A DNA stretch of 17,016 bases from Verrucomicrobiales bacterium (GTDB taxonomy: Bacteria; Verrucomicrobiota; Verrucomicrobiia; Verrucomicrobiales; V1-33), in assembly GCA_031411295.1 (NCBI GenBank), contig JANOAV010000127.1:1-17016 (forward strand), read 5' to 3'. Position numbers and translations under genes: made by a program. Below, piece after piece: positions 8,790 to 15,546 of this stretch. Positions within the stretch are counted from its first letter, which is position 1; each line of letters starts with the position of its first letter. The notes under the pieces were generated by a model. It was given only the letters and a program-made list of their open reading frames with translations. It made no database searches and had not been told where the DNA came from.

Positions 8790-8907
8790 AGGTCAATGTA
8801 GGCAGGCATGGAGGCCAATGCTGCCCCGGCCCCTTCCACCAGCACACTGCGGAATCGCTCCTCCCACAAGGTTCCCGACACCCGACTCGTTTGTTATACC
8901 ATACCAT
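8790..8907 (-). pseudogene. RAYT/Y1 transposase internal fragment containing the catalytic Tyr
   Basis: With one frameshift it reads WYNKRVGCR(G)TLWEERFRSVLVEGAGAALASMPAYIDL, the W.N....R.G.LWE.RF.S.LV.....Y.DL(NPVRAG) RAYT signature. Confidence 0.85.
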
Positions 8908-9056
8908 TATTATAGAGCGCGGCTCCTAGTTCATTCCACCAATCTGGCAATCATGGCTAGCACCCAGAATGCCATCGTTTCAACACCCTGGCCCCTTTCT
9001 TAACTTCCCAGTCCTTTTCATTTGATTCAGAAGATAGACAGCGTGAGTAGCTTTGC

Positions 9057-11432
9057 ATGATCGCCCGCAAACTCTCCAAACTAAATTGCTTCATCGTTTT
9101 CTCGCTCCTAATACGTTTCTCACTGTTTGCCGCCGGGCCTCCAGTGTCTGGGCAGAAAGCGCAATTTGCGCTGGGTGAAACGTTGTCTGAGAATCAGGTG
9201 ATTGGCGAGTGTCAGGGGGTGGCGGTGGACCCGGTGAGCGGGAAATTGTTTGTGGCGGATCGGCTGCATCATCGGGTGCTACGGTTTAGCGTGGCGGAAA
9301 AGGTGAAGTCGGCGGGACGGGCGGAAGCGGTGCTGGGGCAGGCGGATTTTGTTGGCAAGACGGCGGCTTCTGGGGTCGCTCGGCTCTCCAGTCCGTGGGG
9401 GCTGCATGTGGACGCAAGCGGTCGGCTGTGGGTGGCGGATTCGGGAAATAATCGGGTGCTGCGGTTTGAAAATGCGGCCAACAAACTCACTGGGGCAGCG
9501 GCCGATGGGGTGCTGGGGCAGGCGAATTTCACGGCCAATTCCGGTGGGGCGTCGCAGACGGTCATGAATGGACCCACGGGGGTGTGGGCCAGCGGATCCT
9601 ATCTGTGGGTGGCGGACCGGATTAACCATCGGGTGCTGCGCTATGATAACGCGGCCACAGCGGCCAATGGAGCGGCCTGGAGCGGCGTGCTGGGACAGAC
9701 CACGGTCACTGGCTCCAGCTCCGGAAATTCGGCGGCTCGACTCAATAACCCTTACGGCTTGTGTGTGGATGGAAATGGCCGTCTGTGGGTCGCGGACTCG
9801 ACGAATAATCGGTTGCTGCGGTTTGATGCGCCGGAAACGCTGGCCAATGGCGGTGCAGCGGCGGCGGTGTTGGGGCAGACGAGTTTCACCGTTAAAGTTG
9901 CCAACACGACGGCGGATGGCCTCAACCGTCCGGTGAATGTGACCCCGGTGGGCGGCAGCGATCCCACAGCGCTCTGGGTGGCGGACTATGATAACAATCG
10001 GGTGGTCCGGGTGGACAATCTGCTGACGGCAAGTGGCAAGGTGACCGCCTCTCAAGTGCTGGGGCAGCTAAATTTCACCTCCGCTGGTGGAGACACTTAC
10101 ACGACGACAGTGCAGCCCCGGCATGCCGCCATCGCAGTGGATACGGATGGTCTGCGGATCTTCACTGCTGGGGGATCGCAGCCAGGACGGGTGCTGAACT
10201 GGGCTGGGGCGGCTGCGAAAGGCAATGGCGGAGCCTACGACACGGCACTGGGAGCCCTGGACGCTTTGGGCTCGAATGGCGTGACAGCCAGGAGCTTGGG
10301 ATCAACTCAAGGCGCGGCGGTGGATCCGCTGACGGGCAAGGTTTTCATTGCCGACTCGGGGCGGCATCGGGTGCTGCGATTTGCCTCTGAAGCGACGCTA
10401 GCCAGCGGTGCGGCGGCGGAAGCCGTTTTGGGGCAAGCGGACTTTGCCGGCAGTGCAGCGTCCGCTGTTCCGGCGGCCAATAGCTTCAATACGCCACTCG
10501 GGCTGACCTTCTCTGCGGATGGGAAATTATTCGTCGTGGACTCACTGAATAACCGAGTGATGCGTTACGATTCCGCCGCCACTTTGGCCAATGGCACTGC
10601 GGCCTCGGCTGTTTTTGGCCAGGATTTCTTCACCAGTAAAGGCACCGCCACATTGAGTGGCCCTACGAGTGCGGCCATCGTGGGAAATGATCTTTATACC
10701 AATACGCCGAACGGAAATCGGCTGATCAGATTTACCGGAGCTGTGACAGCATCTGCGGGCAGCATCGTGCAAGCCGGAGAGCCCGCCATTTCCGGCAAAG
10801 CCCATGTGGCGATGTGCGCGGATGGCACTAACCTGTGGCTGTTAAACCAGACGGATAAGCGGGTGGACCGTATCTCCGTCGCTGGGGCATTTAATAACAC
10901 CACGGCCAGCACGTTCACGAAAACGCTGGGAGCGGGCTCGTTCGATTTCGCCAGCCCCACCATCGCCTCTTCGTTGGCGCTGAGCGGAGGCAGACTCTAT
11001 GCCACAGCCAATACCCAGCACCGCGTGGTGTGGTGGGATGGAGCGGCCAGTCTGGCGGACGGGACCGCTCCCACGGGCAGCCTTGGTCTGTCCGGCCAGT
11101 CAGGACTCTCTTTCGACCGCATGGATGCTCCAGCGGGCCTGGCGGTCATGGCTAGTGGGGCACTATTGATCTCTGATAGCGGCAATAAACGAGTCCTTTA
11201 TTTCACCACGCCAGTGGCCCCTCCCCGCATCATTGCGGTGGGGCTGAACCCGAGTGGGCGGTTCTTTCTAACCTTCGAATCCGTGGACCAGCAAGCCTAT
11301 GAAATTCAGGCCAGCGAGCCCTTGACGGGATTCACCAAAGTGGCTGATATCACGGCTACTGCCACGACCACGACCTGGACAGATTCAGCATCTGCAGCCG
11401 GTCGGAAATTCTTCCGCGTGGTCATTCCCTAA
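9057..11432 (+). CDS. Secreted NHL-repeat (beta-propeller) protein
   Basis: N-terminal signal peptide; many P.G..VD..GRLWVADS.NNRVLRF...A..VLGQ..F repeats; C-terminal domain ending RKFFRVVIP. Confidence 0.9.
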   Translation: MIARKLSKLNCFIVFSLLIRFSLFAAGPPVSGQKAQFALGETLSENQVIGECQGVAVDPVSGKLFVADRLHHRVLRFSVAEKVKSAGRAEAVLGQADFVGKTAASGVARLSSPWGLHVDASGRLWVADSGNNRVLRFENAANKLTGAAADGVLGQANFTANSGGASQTVMNGPTGVWASGSYLWVADRINHRVLRYDNAATAANGAAWSGVLGQTTVTGSSSGNSAARLNNPYGLCVDGNGRLWVADSTNNRLLRFDAPETLANGGAAAAVLGQTSFTVKVANTTADGLNRPVNVTPVGGSDPTALWVADYDNNRVVRVDNLLTASGKVTASQVLGQLNFTSAGGDTYTTTVQPRHAAIAVDTDGLRIFTAGGSQPGRVLNWAGAAAKGNGGAYDTALGALDALGSNGVTARSLGSTQGAAVDPLTGKVFIADSGRHRVLRFASEATLASGAAAEAVLGQADFAGSAASAVPAANSFNTPLGLTFSADGKLFVVDSLNNRVMRYDSAATLANGTAASAVFGQDFFTSKGTATLSGPTSAAIVGNDLYTNTPNGNRLIRFTGAVTASAGSIVQAGEPAISGKAHVAMCADGTNLWLLNQTDKRVDRISVAGAFNNTTASTFTKTLGAGSFDFASPTIASSLALSGGRLYATANTQHRVVWWDGAASLADGTAPTGSLGLSGQSGLSFDRMDAPAGLAVMASGALLISDSGNKRVLYFTTPVAPPRIIAVGLNPSGRFFLTFESVDQQAYEIQASEPLTGFTKVADITATATTTTWTDSASAAGRKFFRVVIP

Positions 11433-11442
11433 GCCTCCCGCT

Positions 11443-11476
11443 GCCGTAGCGCGATCCTTCGAGTCGTGAAGGCGGA
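11443..11476 (+). repeat. Degenerate REP-like element
   Basis: GCCGTAGC-GCGATCCTTCGAGTCGT-GAAGGCGGA: GTAG followed by an imperfect hairpin, just after the NHL stop codon. Confidence 0.3.
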
Positions 11477-11505
11477 CGAGAAGGGGGGTGTGGGATCTTG
11501 CGCAG

Positions 11506-11661
11506 ATGGGGCCACCCAAAGCGCATTTCGACTTCCTCGGGTATCGCTTCTGGCGCAGCCAAAAAGGAGGCACCTTGCGACGCTTCATCCGCCCGAAAAG
11601 TGTGCAGTAGTTCAAAGCCAGCATCAAGCCACTAACCAAGCGAGCCAACGGACGCAGTCTC
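11506..11661 (+). pseudogene. Group II intron reverse transcriptase/maturase fragment (RT domain 7 into thumb/X domain)
   Basis: MGPPKAHFDFLGYRFWRSQKGGTLRRFIRPKSVQ*FKASIKPLTKRANGRSL; FDFLGY.F and K...T.R.NGRSL are hallmark motifs; internal TAG at 11608-11610. Confidence 0.85.
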
Positions 11662-11799
11662 GTAGCGACGCATCTGCTTGAGTAGAAACGCCTTCTCTTC
11701 GGACTCCAGCAAGAATTGGCGGTCATTGCAACGCGATACTATGTGGTTGTAGGCAACAGCCTACAAATCGGCAGGACGGAATCGGTATCGGGTTGTCAT
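11662..11799 (-). pseudogene. RAYT/Y1 transposase 5' fragment including the start codon (remnant D)
   Basis: MTTRYRFRPADL*AVAYNHIVSRCNDRQFLLESEEKAFLLKQMRRY; paralogous to 2865-2965; premature TAG at 11763-11761. Confidence 0.8.
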
Positions 11800-11848
11800 G
11801 AGGTCGGGGTTATGGAAATTCTAGCGACAGTCAATAAATTTCCCTCAT

Positions 11849-11932
11849 TTATGAGCATGGCACATTGATATACGGCACATTGATATACGGGTCTTCAGAT
11901 GCATAGCTAAGGAAAAGTTTAAGGGGTGTCAT
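11849..11932 (-). pseudogene. Truncated TIR-domain gene (first ~14 codons only)
   Basis: MTPLKLFLSYASED is the beta-A 'F.SY..ED' start of bacterial TIR_2 domains. It starts 10 nt after the upstream stop, then runs into the duplication and end motif and stops. Confidence 0.7.
11859..11890. repeat. Perfect 15-bp tandem duplication GGCACATTGATATAC x2
   Basis: 11859-11873 equals 11874-11888; overlaps the element end motif at 11845-11865. Confidence 0.95.
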
Positions 11933-11942
11933 GGTGCATCTG

Positions 11943-12722
11943 TCATTTTGACTTTCTAGGTTGGCAAGCTTTAATCGTCTCCTCCATGGCTGAACGGAAC
12001 GATTCCCATTCCTTACCAGCAGCGAATTCAGCACAGCACTTACTCACTTCGTCTGCGACACATACGAGTAACCGATCAGCGTAGATGACTCCTTTTTGCC
12101 GGTCAGGATCACAGATTGGGAGGGCGCTATTGAAGGGATCACGGATTGGCTCATTTTGCTCCTTGTAACAATAACGCCAGAGCTTCCATCCATTCCTGAT
12201 TTCGCCGACATGGAGGATGCCGCATCGGATGTCTTGGTAGAAATCTAACCGGCAGTCGTTCAGCGTGCCAAGATTTTTGAAGGCATTAGTCCTGGCTCGT
12301 TTATAAGCAGGACTTATCCCTCCTCCGCAGGTAACGCACAAGGCTGGCGGACGGTCGGCACCCGAAAAAAATGCTTCAAATATTTTCGCCCCATGTCTCT
12401 CTGTCGATTTCGCCAGAAATTCCATTCTGTGTCGCTGCAGACTCTCGATCATCATGCAGGCCGAAGCTGCCATCAGAAATCCGGGGTGATCGAGAAATGT
12501 CTTTTTTGCGGGGCCAAGATGAGGATCAAAATAACGAGAGAGGAGCCTCATTTCGAGCAGTGAAGCCAAATCGCGTTTGGATTTTTCGTCGCCTAACTCG
12601 AGTAATTGACGGCATTTGCCGACGGTTATGCGCTCTCCCATTACTTTTCCTAGCCAAGTGTCGTCTATTGATGTTGCCATGGGAACAATCCGTAAATGCA
12701 GAAGTGAAGCGCGCAATGCCAT
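11943..12722 (-). CDS. Hypothetical protein with HEPN-like RxxxxH motif
   Basis: Intact 259-aa ORF (alternative start ATG 12680, MATSID), lower GC. GF.MAA..C..IESL and FYQDIRCGILH motifs; R-CGIL-H fits the HEPN Rx4H pattern. Confidence 0.6.
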   Translation of the reverse strand: MALRASLLHLRIVPMATSIDDTWLGKVMGERITVGKCRQLLELGDEKSKRDLASLLEMRLLSRYFDPHLGPAKKTFLDHPGFLMAASACMMIESLQRHRMEFLAKSTERHGAKIFEAFFSGADRPPALCVTCGGGISPAYKRARTNAFKNLGTLNDCRLDFYQDIRCGILHVGEIRNGWKLWRYCYKEQNEPIRDPFNSALPICDPDRQKGVIYADRLLVCVADEVSKCCAEFAAGKEWESFRSAMEETIKACQPRKSK

Positions 12723-12748
12723 TTATCCTTTATCTTGTGATCTTGAGA

Positions 12749-12862
12749 GCGTTGCATGGTGACTTGGCAGCAGGGGCATTTGAGCGGATCGGTGCCCCAG
12801 ATGCGGCTTTTTAGATCCAATAGCAAACACCGTTGTTCTTTCATTTATAAGGATGGCACATA
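12749..12862 (-). mobile_element. Remnant E: end motif plus IS91-family transposase fragment
   Basis: 12841-12861 TCATTTATAAGGATGGCACAT is 19/21 identical to 11845-11865. 12805-12749 encodes RIWGTDPLKCPCCQVTMQR, matching the R.(W/F)..DPL.CP.C...M C-terminal zinc-ribbon motif of IS91/ISCR transposases. Confidence 0.75.
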
Positions 12863-12883
12863 GCTTGCACACCGAGCTTGAAT

Positions 12884-13150
12884 TCAAGACAGACGTGCTT
12901 TTGCAATACCAAAAACCAGCAATCCAATAACTAGTAAAGAGATGCCCCCGTCCCCGCCTTTTGAATGATTTTGCTCATATTCTGCAATGTCCGCTCGTTT
13001 TCTGGCTGCATCCCGTTCCTTTTGCTCCTGTTTTTCGGCGTTCTCTACGTATCTCCTTAGTTTTTCCTCATCGTCATACGGATTACTGAACGCGGGCTGG
13101 GAACAAAAAGTTAGGAATAAAACCAGACCGAAAAGAAGTTTGTTGTTCAT
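12884..13150 (-). CDS. Small hypothetical exported/membrane protein
   Basis: 88 aa; signal peptide, charged helical middle, C-terminal hydrophobic helix followed by basic residues; low GC. Confidence 0.7.
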   Translation of the reverse strand: MNNKLLFGLVLFLTFCSQPAFSNPYDDEEKLRRYVENAEKQEQKERDAARKRADIAEYEQNHSKGGDGGISLLVIGLLVFGIAKARLS

Positions 13151-13236
13151 ATGATCGTGTGGTGGACGAATGACACCTAACTAGCGGATCACCGACAGAT
13201 TTGGCGATTTTTGTTGAGGAGTGATTTCATAGGAGG

Positions 13237-13266
13237 ATTTTAGTGGCAAATGCGCTTGATTGTCAA
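13237..13266 (-). promoter_or_regulatory. Near-consensus sigma70 promoter TTGACA-N18-TAAAAT
   Basis: -35 at 13266-13261 and -10 at 13242-13237, pointing into the minus-strand array. Confidence 0.65.
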
Positions 13267-13490
13267 CAGTATTACAGATTTAGTTTATAGTAGCGGTAAT
13301 TTTTCGCGCAGGGGCTGCGGCGGGGCGACGGTCGGACGGTAAATTTCCCGAAGTAAATAATATGGAGGGCACTTTGTTGTGCAGTGGAGAAGGTCGAGCC
13401 GGGTGCGGAGGGTGTCGCTGGTGGTTTAATCCAGGTGCCTGTTTGCAGGGTGAGGCGTTGGTGGCAGTCGGGGCACTGGTAGCGGGTGAA

Positions 13491-13614
13491 GTAGGAGCGT
13501 CTTGCTCCTGGTGCTCCCTAGGTGTGAAGAATTGAGCGAGACGCTCCCCTAGGCCGGGACGGCCTGGGTGGTCGGCGGGACGCCAACCACGGCGGGCCAG
13601 AGGCACCGCCCTAC
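13491..13614. repeat. Cluster of REP-like palindromes
   Basis: GTAGGAGCGTCTTGCTCC (13491) is inverted relative to GAGCGAGACGCTCC (13534-13547). Hairpin GTGGTCGGCG-GGA-CGCCAACCAC (13568-13590). Minus-strand GTAG-GGCGGTGCC-TCT-GGCCCGCC (13614-13591). Confidence 0.65.
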
Positions 13615-13677
13615 CGCCAACTGTCCAGATTAGGCACGAGGCTAAACTGCATGGACGATTTGAACCGTCCAGCTTGG

Positions 13678-15432
13678 TCATTTTGCGGGTTGGAATTGCG
13701 GGTCTGTCAGGGTCTTTAAAAATGCCACCAACGCGCGTTGATCCTCCGCTGAAAGCCCCAGGCCTGTAGTCGGATGCTTGGCTAAATTCGGGTCCAGGGT
13801 GGCGGAGCGCTTCACGCCGTGGTCGTAATGTGCCACGACTTCCTCCAGGGTGGTGAAGCGGCCATCGTGCATGTAGGGAGCGGTTAGGGCTATGTTTCGC
13901 AACGAGGGAACGCGGAATTTGCCATGGTCCTCGGGACGCTTGGTGATGGCTCCACGGCTCGGTTCCAGCGGGTCTGCATCCAGTCCGTTGTTGGCGAAAC
14001 CGCTGTTGGTGAACAAGCTGCCGCCGTGACAATGGAAGCAATCGGCCCCGAAGAGTTGGCGTTTCGGATCGTATTCCGTTAGGAATAATTGCAACCCGCG
14101 TTGTTCTTCGGTGGTCAGCGTGACTTCCTTGCGCAGGGCTTGATCGAACTTGGAGTCTTGGGAAATGATGGTGCTGAGAAATTGTTCGAAGGCCAGTCCG
14201 AGGTGCTGCGTGGTGATCTCTGGGGAGCCGAAGGCAGCCTTGAATTGGGCAGGATACGCGGGGTCTTTGTGTAACTTGTGGATCACGTTCTCCAGCGTTT
14301 CATGCATTTCCAGAGGATGCTGGATCGGCTCCAGAGCTTGTTCCCGCAGGGTGGGCGCGCGTCCGTCCCAGAAGAATTCGCTCTGCCACATCAAGTTGAA
14401 CAACGGCATGGAGTTGCGGGTGCCCGGCTTGCCGTCGATGCCGATGCTGAATCGCTTCAGGGGATCGGTGAAGGCGTGGGTGGAGGCATGGCAGGAGGCA
14501 CAGGACTGGGTGCCATTGGCGGAAAGTTGGGGGTCGGAAAAGAGCCGTTTTCCTAACGCCACGCCTTCCAGTGTGAGTGGATTGTCGGTTGGTAAAATGA
14601 CCTTCGGCAGGCGTTGGGAAATGGCCAGATTGTAGGGCGTGCCCACGCTGGTTGCGGGTTGGGCCTGCGCTCCCATGGTGGCCATCTGCAGGAGTTCCGG
14701 GAGTTGTCCGGCCAGATAGAAGGCCGGAGCCACGTTCTGCCTCACCGCCTCAGCGCGAGGATCGGGTCCGCGGGAGTGGGTCGAGTCCCCCAGGGTTGCG
14801 ATGTCGATGCGGGAGAGGATCATGGCGGGATCGAACCCGATTTGCAGGGTGCCACAGGTGGCCAGATCGATCGCTCCCGGCAGTTCGATATTCAGGTAGT
14901 TGTCATTTCCGGCCAAATGATAGGAAAAGCCCCCGAGCGCTCCATTTTGTTGCGTCCAGCGACCTTCCAGCGCCAGGAAGACATAGCCCGTGGTCATGCC
15001 CCAATGCAGTCCGTTGACCGTGGGGTGCAGCGGGTGATCCGGGGGATATTGATTCGGTTCCGACTTGTCGGTGGCCGGGTCCACGCCCAAGCGGAAACGA
15101 ACTGCGGTGTATTTTTGGATCGGCACGCCGTCGATCTTTGCGCGCAGCCGATTCTGGTCTGGACGCATGGCGGCAAACCAGTTGGCGGTCTCCAGCCACG
15201 AGCCATCTGCGCGCTGCAGGGCAAAATTCGAGATCAGGAAATCCACCCGGGTAAAAGACAGCGCTCGTTTAGCCGCATCCTGATATTTGGCCGGGCCCAG
15301 CTGGAGTGGAGCCTCCTTGGGGCCCAGCTTAATTTCCAGGCCCAAGTCCTTCAACGGCAGCGCCCATGCCGACAGGCCACCGGCCAGGAGGCAGGTAATC
15401 AGCAGTGGGAGAAGGCGGCGGGGGCGGGACAT
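13678..15432 (-). CDS. MbnP-like domain fused to an MbnH/MauG-family di-heme cytochrome c peroxidase
   Basis: Signal peptide. N-terminal MbnP-like region (F.LGVD...N/D......L....LHW...GY.FL.LEG..FSYH). C-terminal DNPLT..GV.LG..LF.D..LS...SCASCH, FWDGRA..L..QA..PI....EM, CFHCH and FRVPSLRNIA.TAPYMHDG. Start at 15432 or 15441. Confidence 0.85.
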   Translation of the reverse strand: MSRPRRLLPLLITCLLAGGLSAWALPLKDLGLEIKLGPKEAPLQLGPAKYQDAAKRALSFTRVDFLISNFALQRADGSWLETANWFAAMRPDQNRLRAKIDGVPIQKYTAVRFRLGVDPATDKSEPNQYPPDHPLHPTVNGLHWGMTTGYVFLALEGRWTQQNGALGGFSYHLAGNDNYLNIELPGAIDLATCGTLQIGFDPAMILSRIDIATLGDSTHSRGPDPRAEAVRQNVAPAFYLAGQLPELLQMATMGAQAQPATSVGTPYNLAISQRLPKVILPTDNPLTLEGVALGKRLFSDPQLSANGTQSCASCHASTHAFTDPLKRFSIGIDGKPGTRNSMPLFNLMWQSEFFWDGRAPTLREQALEPIQHPLEMHETLENVIHKLHKDPAYPAQFKAAFGSPEITTQHLGLAFEQFLSTIISQDSKFDQALRKEVTLTTEEQRGLQLFLTEYDPKRQLFGADCFHCHGGSLFTNSGFANNGLDADPLEPSRGAITKRPEDHGKFRVPSLRNIALTAPYMHDGRFTTLEEVVAHYDHGVKRSATLDPNLAKHPTTGLGLSAEDQRALVAFLKTLTDPQFQPAK

Positions 15433-15546
15433 GGCGACCACTAGACCACAAATTATGGCAATTCGCCAGCGCGAAGGGGGCGCTTGTGAAATTTTTCACA
15501 AATTCCTTTTGCCCTCATGCGCAGGCGTTTCATTATTGTCGTCATC

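Larger units (their letters stand above)
8483..8925 (-). mobile_element. Remnant C of composite element (end motif, RAYT catalytic fragment, tail, promoter, oriIS)
   Basis: End motif TTATAGAGCGCGGCTC at 8910-8925; RAYT fragment 8907-8790; repeat shared with A at 8667-8797; oriIS copy CTGAAAAAGCAAACTCCTATCAGA at 8506-8483. Confidence 0.75.

Noticed and set aside
9200..10620. Internal DNA repeats in the NHL gene
   Set aside because: Explained by NHL protein repeats.
11506..11762. Diversity-generating retroelement or retron (RT fragment plus ~100-130 bp repeat pairs)
   Set aside because: The RT piece is a short, stop-containing group II intron fragment. Repeat mismatches are not confined to adenines and the repeats are not at the 3' ends of target genes.
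2514..12862. CRISPR array or canonical attC array
   Set aside because: No regularly spaced short repeats, and no RYYYAAC...GTTRRRY palindromic attC sites seen between the genes.
13400..13493. Minus-strand peptide YFTRYQCPDCHQRLTLQTGTW (possible zinc-ribbon gene fragment)
   Set aside because: A single CxxC with no start or further motif; cannot be assigned, though it may be another eroded gene.
13280..14041. 253-aa minus-strand ORF
   Set aside because: Overlaps the peroxidase gene in another frame and runs through REP and intergenic DNA; low-complexity translation.
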